Shown piece after piece: positions 13,901 to 23,818 of a stretch of 64,000 nucleotides of DNA (the stretch's first letter is position 1; each line of letters starts with the position of its first letter). Position numbers and translations under genes: made by a program. The DNA lies in NCBI GenBank assembly GCA_047495785.1, contig JBLDXI010000019.1:2604001-2668000 (forward strand), written 5' to 3'. The notes beneath the pieces are model-generated. The model searched no databases, had not been told where the DNA came from, and saw nothing but the letters and a program-made list of their open reading frames with translations. This stretch comes from Lepidodermella squamata. Lineage: Eukaryota; Animalia; Gastrotricha.

Positions 13901-15011
13901 ATCTTGCATCTATGGCGTCGGCTGGAATCATTGTTTCATTCTTGTCAAGCCACATGTACGCTCGCGCTTAGGGATCAGGATAAATATAGGAAGTTAGTCA
14001 AACAATATTCAATATACTTACCGCTGATATCTTGCCACATGCCAACGTATGAATGGACGTTCAACCGCTTTATCTGAGTTCGGATAAAGATGCTCACGCC
14101 TTCTGTTCGCGGGGCCCATAGATCAGCAGGAGGTGACAGAGATCTGCAGTAGTTGTACTGATTCCAGAAGGTCGTACTCAGACCAGTACTAGTCAGGTAG
14201 CACATGTCGAGAAATTTTGTCCAATTACCTGGACAAGAAGAGCAAGCCTTGGAGTATTCACAAATGTAATATTTCTCCGGATCAAACGCAAACTCGTATT
14301 TGGCCCCCCACCGGTTCGAGTAAGTCAGCCATACGTTAATAGCGTCTGATCTGGTGATTTCCAGGAACGGAAGCCATGGCCTAGAAGCCTCGTTGTAGCC
14401 GTAAGACTGCTGTGTCCACTGCGGCCCCATTCCCGGCGTAGAATCATCCATCCATTGAAAAACACCGTCTAAAATTCGAAGAAGCCATGAATTTAGTTTT
14501 AATTATAAAATATGTTGTGTAGACCGGGATCAGTTTTGTAGCCAGTTGTATTGAATGGCCAAACTGCTGTTCCTGCGGTTCTGCGAGCCCAATCTTGTAA
14601 GCCAAACCAATACGTGTTTGTCGTGGCCAGCATTCCAGTAACATTTTGCCATTCTTCTTGCGAGTTTGGCACAAACAAATGAGCGCCGACATTGTTACAA
14701 GTTTGAACAGCCACCAAATACTTTGATCTCACCCTAGGAAAAGTCTGAATGATGATGGTCTAATGTTGTTATCGATGATGAACAAACGTTGACACTGAGT
14801 AACAGCTGTCAAAGCAGGCTATGTACGTATAGCCAGACGGGCAGATCCTCGAGACGTTCAGCGAGCAGCTAGGGCTGCATGTTGTAGTTTGTGCATGGGC
14901 GAATTCAACAAATAAGCCGATTGAAAGGCTCAGGATAACAGGTGTACAGATAGGCTTCTTCAGACAGCGAACACTCAGCATCTTATTAGTTTTCCATACT
15001 GGCTTTTCCAT
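7946..15011 (-). CDS. Secreted 4xCTLD protein with Thr-rich stalk and C-terminal tag, copy C (Harbinger element in the intron ~9329-13591)
   Basis: ATG at 15011 (MEKPVW...). Exons lie in ORFs 14769-15053, 14499-14732, 13975-14451, 13590-13955, 8478-9353 and 7946-8497. The C-terminus is identical to copy B. Confidence 0.88.
9949..10680 (+). CDS. Harbinger Myb/SANT-like (trihelix) DNA-binding protein
   Basis: RGKNWTQGDVAVLISVL...LTDLFNS...KRDRKQIISKINQMR matches the Myb/SANT pattern of Harbinger ORF1. It has a basic/Ser-rich N-terminus and a duplicated EVLxKEKSAWEAVEAAA coiled segment. Confidence 0.8.
   Translation: MSRAKKGKKSKKSRRSSSSSSSSSSSTASSRLDAISEASSKRSRGKNWTQGDVAVLISVLKQPFNDKDSFMAILSNKDPSTLKDRDLATERLTDLFNSEVPDRKRDRKQIISKINQMRIAARAEISKYNAKRSISGNVEIGNLSPFAELVLQYEPSTALPIDGVEDSREFQEVPLNLARRKSHVDVIHELRMEVLAKEKSAWEAVEAAANIRKEVLSKEKSAWEAVEAAAIIVAEAGRRFCEK
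10755..11886 (+). pseudogene. HARBI1-like DDE transposase with two introns (11278-11330, 11406-11460) and a frameshift near 11705
   Basis: Motifs GIVDGTHI, YSINCLVFGD..KIRYV...GSVHDS, IIADGGYP, RRIIECIIGILKMRY and ACCILHN. The last motif is out of frame and about 10 residues appear to be missing before it. Confidence 0.88.
12314..12925 (+). CDS. Uncharacterised third ORF inside the Harbinger element (basic N-tail, acidic tract, helical C-domain)
   Basis: Intact 203-aa ORF inside the TIRs, on the same strand as the other two ORFs. I recognise no family. Confidence 0.6.
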   Translation: MGGRSRSSSRNASGRKRGASAEDDASEEAEKKVRITAKNATITPKKSAAESKETVDKGDVDEDQDEGEEEEEQDEEDDEDEEEEEDNKSRRDHTAAAPKSDDEGPSYDAIRRVSEKFPVVKSWYRKRELKKVLKYIFFLIGQDAKRSACFGNLLLFRRECWPEFPGNINRSIDSVNQIASKIIALANKDFDAAAKIVENWPRD

Positions 15012-15563
15012 CCTTCCCTTTAGATCGAAAATGTTTCTAGTTATATAATTCAATTATGGACAATTTTTATATATCTCTATGGGTGATGAAACTATTTACC
15101 AGCTATTCTATCTATTTTTAATCTGTACTTGAGTTTTTAACCATTAATCATTTATCCTGGAAAATGGGCTTTTAGAGCCAAATTCCAGCATAACAGCTTT
15201 ATTAATTAGTTAACCGTTAACCTTCCCACGTGGGGCCGTTTTGGCCTATCGTCAGGTCATTTTAAACGCTATTTAATCGTTGATTTTGATTTCGTCAGTT
15301 GCTATTATGCAGCTTAAAGCATCACGTCTGGTTCGATATTTGCTGATGCATAACTGAATACCTGAATAATACATCAGAGTCGCAAAATGACGCCAATTTT
15401 GTTTGAGAAATGTTTTGAATCCAGCATCCAGCCATCAGCTAGTTTACATTATTTCCCCGTTCTGTACCTATACACGCGAGATTCATTGGTTAATTTATTT
15501 GAGAACGAAACGTTCCTTTTCATGCAGCAGTATCTATAATATATCTTGGCAACTGGAGCAAAC

Positions 15564-18500
15564 TCATCCCACCATGGGAACGCCATACTTGATTAGAAGC
15601 TTCAGAATTTCGTTTTCAGCCTTGCTTGTTGTTGCAGCGGGTATTTCTGTTGTCGTTGAAACCGTCGTTACTGCTGAAGATGCGGGAGTTGAAGTCGTCG
15701 TTGAAACAGTTGACGGTAGCGTAGTAGCGCTGCTTGCTGTGGATAATGTGCCAATTGTTGACTGTGTGGTCGTTGACATAGTAGTCGGAGTACTAGTAGC
15801 TGTAGTCGTAGAAGAGTTTGTGGTTGTTACTGGCTGTTGAGTGGTGGTGGTGGTAGACCACATTGTTGTTGTCGTCAAAGAGCTCGCGGTAGTATAAGTT
15901 GTTGCAGAAGTTGAAGCCGTAGCCCCAGTAGATACAGTAGAATTTGTGGCTGTCTGGGCGTTATTGTTTTGCACATTTGGCGATGATGTTACCGAGGAAT
16001 TAGTTATTGCGGCAGAAGTAGTAGTGGTCCTAGTCGTCGTAGCAGTCGTAGTATTCGTAGTAGTAGGAGCAGGCGTTGTAGTTGTCGTAGTAGTAGTCGT
16101 AGTAGTTGTAGTCGTGGTTGTAGTTCCATACTGACCCACAGAAGCCGTCAGCTGGCACATTTGGTACGCTCTCAATGTCCCATCAACCGTTGACCAGCCT
16201 CCCATGTTGTCCAGGACGCTCGAGAGAGTTAGCAGGTTAATGTCAGGCTTCAGCAGCATATAGTTATTCGAAGAGGGCTGATTCGCAGCTAAATCCAGGG
16301 CGTCAGAGACAGTCAAAGTAGCATTATCATCAGCCCATTTCCAGCCATCTACCGTAGAGGGTTAAAAAAACATTCAATAAAATATATTTCATCCTTACTG
16401 TTCTTGGTTAATCCGACCCAGAGAGAATCTGAATTCAACCTATTAACTATTGCTCTTGCGTAAATCACTAGCGGTTCGGTTTTCGCTGCGAATCCAACTG
16501 AGTTATTGTTAGCTCTACATTGTCCAAGTCCATTATCCGGAGTATATTGAGTAGCAAGAAGCTTGAAACACTTATCAATGAATTTGTTCCAACCGCTAGG
16601 GCAAGTATAGCATGCAAGCGAGTATTCACAGACATAGTGATTTGGGCCTGTGAAGCTTGATTTCGGCTCTACCAACCATTTTGAGTTTACGTTCTCCAGC
16701 GTGAATGCAAAATCCCGCCCAGGGAACGGCGGACTTTCAAACCTTAGCCACGGCATAGCTGGTGAGAAGTAAGTATCATTCGCCCGTGAAAACCTAGGTC
16801 CGATTGGGTTGGCCAGCCCATCCATCCAAGTGTAAATACCATCTGGATCATAAACATAAATATCAAATTTTTATGACTTAAGCATGGCAAAAATGAACCT
16901 GGATCGCTGACATAATTAGCTGCGATGTCCCAGCCACTTCCTTCTGACCTTCTAGCCCAATCTTGGAGCCCGATCCAATATTGGCGACTGGTTTGCGTGA
17001 TATTCGTAAACGCACTCATCTCAGATAAAGAGTTGGGTACGAAGAAATGTCCGCCCATTTCCGTGCATTTTTGCAACGCGACCAAATAGTGTTCCGCAGT
17101 GCTAAACAGTGCGCTTATTTTAAATTTGATAAGAATGGAAGCCTACCTCGATGCTGAGTAGCAACTATCAAAGCAAGGATAGTAACTATAGCCTGATGGG
17201 CAAGGCACTGCAAATACACAATTGTACACTATCAATCGACGGAAATAATGCCATGAAATTGTACCTGATATTGAACACTCATTTCGGCACGCTGTAGCTG
17301 GGTTAGGCGGCGCCGTCGTTGTAACGGGCGGAGTGCTAGTTGTTGTGTTATAACCCGGAGTTGCAGGTATTTGACATCCAGCGAACTCTTTTTCCTGAGC
17401 TTTGACCATACGCCAACTGGCTTGAACATCGGCAAAGGAAACAACCTTGCTGTAATCTCCGCCATCTTTCGACACGATTACGTACACATCATCCTTATCA
17501 CTTGGGTCGCTGGAGACCATGTCAAACAAATCCGTTGGAATCATCGTTTCGCCGCTCTCGTACAACATAAACGCTGGACGAAAACGATTGATTGTAAGTA
17601 CAACGAAAAGCAATGCATACTCTTGGTGTTGGGCTCCCGCCATATTCCAATGAACGCATCTTTACCATTATCTTCCACTTGCGTTCTGAAAAATATATTT
17701 GTCGCTTCTGTTCTCGGCGTGATAAGCTTTGCGGATGGTTGAACTGAATTTGTACAATATTTGACTTGATCTTCGAATTTTCGATCATTGCCAGTGCTGA
17801 CCAAATAGCAGGTGTCAAGAAATTTCACCCAGCCCCCCGATGTCGGGCATGTCATGCATGCATTGGAGAATTCACATATGTTAAACTTTTTATCGTTGAA
17901 TTTTGAGGTGAACGTAACTCGCCAGCTCCCTTGAGAGTTCTGAAGGTATGCGATTGGCGTGGCTGTGGTACCTGTGGTAGGTTTGTTTGTGAACATCAGC
18001 CATGATTTCGACGACTCTGTGAATGGGCCGGTGGCATTTCCTTGCCACGTGGGCCCCATAGCAGGCGTAGAATCATCCATCCACTGGAAAATTCCATCTG
18101 TGGACGAGTAACTCTAACTCAGCTTGGTCAATTTAAATGAGTTACCTGGGTCTGTATTGCTGATCCCATTAAATGGGGAGGATGAGCTCCCAGTCCCGCG
18201 TCGAGCCCAATCTTGGAGTCCAAGCCAGTAAGTGTTTGCTGTTGATAGACGGTTGGTGACGTATCCCCACTCTGCTTGCGAGTTCGGCACAAAAAGATTA
18301 CCCCCATAGCCACCACACGTCTGAACAGTCGACATGTACGTGTCAGCGCTTGAAAGCAAGAAAAATCACTTGCATTTATCATGAATGGGAAGAATACTCA
18401 CGTCGGCGTAAAATAATAGCAGCTATCGTAACAAGGCTCGTAATAAGTATAAGCAGAACAGACTTGGGTTTTTGTTAAAGGGCAGTTGTTGGAACACGAC

Positions 18501-18568
18501 TGACCCGTGGCCCTTGCAAGGTAATGAAATAGTACTATGAAAACACTCAACGAAACAGTTTGCAACAT
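15564..18568 (-). CDS. Secreted 4xCTLD protein with long Thr-rich stalk and C-terminal tag, copy D (multi-exon)
   Basis: First exon read by eye: MLQTVSLSVFIVLFHYLARATGQSCSNNC...CYDSCYY, then GTGAGT. Later exons lie in ORFs 18114-18359, 17541-18080, 17143-17643, 16744-17085, 16349-16825 and 15564-16316. The protein ends ENEILKLLIKYGVPMVG*. Confidence 0.88.
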
Positions 18569-19430
18569 GTTCGTCCGACTTTTTCGGGTGTTCTTCTTAT
18601 TTTTTCTGTGCGATTTTAAGGTTTACCTCATGTATTGGCAGGCTTCTTACCCCACTCGCGCCAACAAAAGGATTGGTATTCTATACATGGTTATACTCAC
18701 CGAATCCGAACTTTCTTTCCAAATCCTACTTAGAGAAAGGGGGATGGCCTGGAAGAAAGGACAGCCTACATTACAACGCGGGCTTACAGGCTACTTGTGC
18801 AAACATAACACAGGGCTAAAAAAAAGTAGGATAAACATCAGCTTATGGATCCCTTTGGATAAGAAAACTTAAAATTGTTTCAGCGAGAGGATATTGCGTC
18901 ATTGCCATTAGACAAACTTGCAACTGTCTCAACACTTTCAAAACTTGGTCGTCTATATTGATGGCTAGCGTGGTTATCTTCGCTAATCGAAAGTGTCTCG
19001 CCTGCCTAGGTATGATGCGGTGCTCGGGCCAAATTTGAGAATTGAAGCTTATTTGGCAAATTTTTAGCACTGTGACACTTTGAAGAACACATAAATCTGA
19101 TACCTGATGTCAAATCAGATATCGCATTTGTTCTAATGAGAACTTTTCTCTCATTCTTCGAAAATTGTAACTCTCAATGTTGCGAGTCATTTCCTCACGG
19201 GATTCCCTATTCTTCCAACTCATACTTGACCAGATATTTTATTGGGTATCTCTTTACAAAATTTGCCTATAGGTGAAATCATTTGTAACTAGATGCTAGG
19301 CATTACTAAAACTGTTTGTGATGATGTCTGTAAAATTCTGAGACCAAAACAATGAATTTAATGCTTCGCAAAATTAGATATATATTGAACGAAGGCCTAT
19401 TGTTATGAATAATTATGCAAATATTGAACA

Positions 19431-20581
19431 TCATGTTAATATTATGAAAGCCACGACGTTCGAGACAACATACGCGACTATCGCAATAAAAAATGCTGCT
19501 TTGTCGATGAGAGCGTAGAATTTCACAGAACTTTCCAGACAGCGCAGCTTCCATTTCCTACCAGCGATACTTGGGTAAGATGCTATGAAACCGCACATGG
19601 CTGATGCGTAGATCACAACAATTGTAGCTAGAATCGTCTGTGATAAGCAGTAGTTCGCGGCAAAGACAGGCTGCGGCGTTTTAGGCAAACTAGCCTGAAC
19701 ATCACCTTGCAGCACAAAGATTGACAGCATCACCGTACAGGCGAACGTAGGCCTGTCGGAAACATCGGCGGGAATAAAGAAAGAAGATAGGACTAAACAG
19801 CTCAAAATCAAACTCGGAGCGTAGAGACTTGCCAAGTAATAATCAGGTTTACGTCTGAATTGAAATTCAAAAATCGCCTCGGAAAGGTTGACCGCCATGC
19901 CTGTGCCAATGAAACGGTTTGCTGAAGTTCGATCGTTAATAGCATCATGTTCCCATCCGGCATTGGTCGACATGAAAGGAAAGCCAAGAGGTGGTAACAA
20001 TCCAGCTTCAGCTATGTATGCATAGTGGGCACTTTGTGCGAGACCAAATACGAATTTGCAGGTTTGCGAATCGAACGGGAAATAGGTTAAATCGAAACTG
20101 CAGTAGGAAGAAAACTTTCCTTCAATAACGCCAGTTACTTTACCGTGATTCGCCGGGTAAATTTTCATCGTCCTGGCGTATCCTTCGAATATTGCTGAAC
20201 AGAGTTCGAGTGGAATAATGGCGGCCACCAGTAAAGATCTGGATTTTCATTAGTCAATTCCCGGATAATAGCAGGCCACTTCACATCTGACGAGCTCGAT
20301 ACATTTCGGTAAAGATTAGCAACGCATGTCGATTCCCATGTGACTACCAAGGCGAAATCTAGTGTGATTGTTTCAGCTAAATCATCGATTGATATGAACT
20401 TCTTTGGCTGCAATGAGATCGTTACTTGCGTTGGTTCGCCTTCCAGCTCTGTAGGCGAGTTGATATTAGGTCCCAACCAACAGTTATCCAGAATTGTTTG
20501 CGCTGGCCTGAAACTTTGAAAATTAATGCCAGTGTTTCTTGCCCCAAGAGGTAACAGAGAAAAGATAAGAGCATAAAACAT
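19431..20581 (-). pseudogene. Intronless Cys-loop ligand-gated ion channel subunit, split by a frameshift near 20165-20200
   Basis: Signal-like N-terminus, WWPPLF, Cys-loop CSFDLTYFPFDSQTC, FRRKPDYY before M1 and four TM segments. The coding sequence spans two overlapping ORFs in different frames (pseudogene or sequence error). Confidence 0.8.
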
Positions 20582-21243
20582 GTCAGATTTAATAAAAATG
20601 TGATAACCCTTCGAGTTTTAGAGTGCGAGCCTCTAACGCGTGGCAAAAGCCCAAAGCGTCTGTATTTCAAAGTCAAATATTTGAATAGCGTGTTCAGTTC
20701 GCAGTAGATAACGTAAAAGGGCGCGGCAATAAAATTCAAGCGGAGACAGAATTTATTTTACTGCTTGAATCGCCCACTGCTTGAGATTTTCAAAAAAATC
20801 ATTCTATAAAAAACCACCATGTTCACGCTTCAGCGGAATTTGCCACTCAATTTAATGGAATACATAAAATTTGAAGCAAAGTGATTTTAAGCTTCTCGGA
20901 TTGAAACATTTTTGTCACTTTCATATCATTCTTGGATCCAACGAGAATATGATTCAGAACAAATACCCTTTCGAATGACTGACGATAATGTTACTATTTG
21001 TCCCCAAAAGTTTATTTGATATATGGTTTACGATGAACCAGTTAGATCGACGTCGTCGTATAGCAAGAGAAGGAAATAAAATAAAAATGAAAACGCCCCT
21101 AACAAATAACGAGGGAGTACTGTTTACGTATTTCGCAGAACTCAGTTTGGCTAACCGCTGTTATAACCGGCAACCGGACATCTAGAGTTATATTGCATCT
21201 TTACTAAACAAATGAAAGTCACTGGCGTCACAGTATGTGGAAT

Positions 21244-21819
21244 TCACCCAGCAACAGGAACGCCGTATTTCAGGAGCAGCTTTAAAATGTTATTGCTACT
21301 CGTTGATGTCGTCGGGTTTGCACCTGGAGAACTTGAGGCCGTGCTACTGGTAACAGGCATAGGGGTTGTAGTTATGGTTATAGATGTTGGGGTTGGCGTT
21401 GTGGTTGTTGTTGTCATGGACAATGAGGTTATGCTAGTAGTATAAGTTGAAGGTGTGCTACTAGTGCTTGAAGACGAGTTTGGACAAACTTCGTATTTTA
21501 TGCATTGCGAGTACCACTCGCTTTGATCGACACAGCTGCTTCCAAGCGGGCAGCACGTCGCTCCAGTATAGTTTTTGCCCCCACATTTGCTGTCGAAAAC
21601 ATTACTGCACGATCGATCGGTTGCAGGCTGGCATTGCGAGTTGTACGCATCCGAGTAAATGCAATCCCACCCGATAATGCAATCAGTTGGCCCTGTATAA
21701 CCTGAGCCGCCACACTTAGCATATCGGCCAGCGCATTGCAGATCCGCCGATACTAGAACCGGAAGAATCGCAAAAATTGCCGATAATCTCATCAGAGACG
21801 TTTTCGCCCGATGTGCCAT
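21244..21819 (-). CDS. Secreted 2xCBM1 (fungal-type cellulose-binding module) protein with S/T stalk and C-terminal tag
   Basis: Signal peptide; CGGSGYTGPTDC...YNSQC and CGGKNYTGATCCPLGSSC...WYSQC match the CBM1 consensus. The protein ends NNILKLLLKYGVPVAG*. Intronless. Confidence 0.88.
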   Translation of the reverse strand: MAHRAKTSLMRLSAIFAILPVLVSADLQCAGRYAKCGGSGYTGPTDCIIGWDCIYSDAYNSQCQPATDRSCSNVFDSKCGGKNYTGATCCPLGSSCVDQSEWYSQCIKYEVCPNSSSSTSSTPSTYTTSITSLSMTTTTTTPTPTSITITTTPMPVTSSTASSSPGANPTTSTSSNNILKLLLKYGVPVAG

Positions 21820-22546
21820 CAAGTTTTTCCGGACTATTCTTCACTCGACCGAGTTGCAGACGTTTTAAATATAACTGTAATATTGGACGTAGCATAGCCT
21901 CCAAGCTAATTGATTTAAAGCTTTTACCTCAAAATAATTTCGCTGCCTAGGTATAAATGAATAATTCAATGAACAACGATAATATTTTGGATTTCATGTC
22001 ATCGAAAATGCTCACCTGTGTAACCTTCCCAGCAATTATGTTTCATTATAATTTTTATATTATCAGGCTAACCTCTCCTGGGCGTTGCAGCTTTCGATTT
22101 ATATAAATAATAATAATGCACTATTTGTTTCGGGAAAATGACAGCGTTTTCCAGTGACTGCAATATTGAATGTACGTGCTCTCATCGATTAGACGATTTT
22201 CACGTTATATCGTCACGTGGCGAGAAGGTCTGTGACTTTTGCTGATCTTTTTTCGGACAAGTGAACTTCATAACTTGTATCGTAGTCAGTAAAATACAGG
22301 GTTTACTGTGTCATGAATTTCGATTTTGAAAGAGCGATTAAACTGCCTTTGATTTTGGACCTTTAACCAAATTTATCAATAACAAATCGCATGTAAATCA
22401 AAATCGAACTTACAAGCTTTCTTATATTTATTCACCCTTAACAAAAGCAAACGCATGGATCCGAACATTTCGAACATTTTTACCGGTTTTAGTTTTCATC
22501 CAGAGCAAGGCTCGCGGCATCTCTAGTTGATACTAAATAAGAAACA

Positions 22547-23428
22547 TCAATTGTCTGTCTTAGCAGGTAATCCAACAATGGGAACGCCAAATTTGATGAG
22601 CAGCTGCAAAATTGTATCCTCAGCTGTGGTAACAGGATTCACCGGCGATAAATCAGAATCCACTATAGTATACTGAGAGCGAATGGTCGACGTGGCGCTC
22701 GCAGCTGCTGTAGAACTTGAGGCTTGGCTGTTCGTTGATGTGGAGCTTGTAGAAATCGGAGCTGTATTGCTAGTGACTGACGTAGCTTTCGTAGTAGTGG
22801 ATGTATGAGCTGGACTACTTGTAGACGTGGTTGTAGGCCTCGTTGTTGTAGAAGTCGCCGTTGAGCTACTTGTTGATGTCGGGCTCGCAGTTGTAGAGGT
22901 CGCGGCTGTGCTATTCGCCAACGAGGTGGTTGCCGCTGTTGTCGTAGTTGTTGATGTCGCAGTTGAGCTCCTTGTCGTCGTCGTGGTTTTAGCTGTGGTG
23001 GTACTCGATGTCGTTGGCGTGACTGTACTTGTGCTCTTTGGTGTTGTAGTGGTAGTTGTTGTTGTTGTTGTGGATGTTGTCGTGGTTGTGCTACTTGTAG
23101 TTGTAGCTTCACACAAAGTGTAAAGTGTGCATTGGGAGTTCCACTCGCTCTGGACGATGCAGGAGCTTCCAAGTGGGCAACAGGTCAATCCAGTATAGTT
23201 TATGCCTCCACATTGGCCGCCGTTAGCATCATTACTGCATGATGGGTCAGTTGCAGGCTTGCATTGAGCGTAGCTTGCATCTCCAACGCAAGACCACCCA
23301 ACATTGCAATTTGTTGGCCCTGTATAACTCCCGCCGCCGCATTGATTCCAATTGGCGACGCATTGTGATTTCGCCAAGATTAGCACAGGAAAAATTGCAA
23401 CAACTTGCAATGAACTAAACAGATACAT
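22547..23428 (-). CDS. Secreted 2xCBM1 protein with long Thr/Ser stalk and C-terminal tag
   Basis: Signal peptide; WNQCGGGSYTGPTNC...YAQC and QCGGINYTGLTCCPLGSSC...WNSQC. The protein ends EDTILQLLIKFGVPIVGLPAKTDN*. Intronless. Confidence 0.88.
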   Translation of the reverse strand: MYLFSSLQVVAIFPVLILAKSQCVANWNQCGGGSYTGPTNCNVGWSCVGDASYAQCKPATDPSCSNDANGGQCGGINYTGLTCCPLGSSCIVQSEWNSQCTLYTLCEATTTSSTTTTTSTTTTTTTTTTPKSTSTVTPTTSSTTTAKTTTTTRSSTATSTTTTTAATTSLANSTAATSTTASPTSTSSSTATSTTTRPTTTSTSSPAHTSTTTKATSVTSNTAPISTSSTSTNSQASSSTAAASATSTIRSQYTIVDSDLSPVNPVTTAEDTILQLLIKFGVPIVGLPAKTDN

Positions 23429-23818
23429 TTTTATTTGTTGACCAATTCAAGAAAATTTATCTGACTAGTCGCAGCGCAGCTTGTATCCCTACATTGCAGA
23501 ACCTTAATATCAAACGGATGAAGCTTTCACGATATTAAATCCGGCTTGCGGGGTACTGATGTCGCGTTAAGAATGAACTAATGTTCAAGCATCTTAGTTT
23601 CAATCTTATCTCATGCCGAAGCCTCAACGTTATTACTTCCGGCGCGAATTTCCAGGCGAGATTTTTGCGATTTGCGAGGCATTCGTTCGCGTGTGGAACC
23701 ACAAATTATGATAAATAACAATTATTAGTTTGTCAGCTTTTATAGCTCGTCTATTCACGGATAACTTGGTCCTTATGCTACTGAAGAAATCATTAATGAT
23801 GAATGTCTTAGGCGGAAA

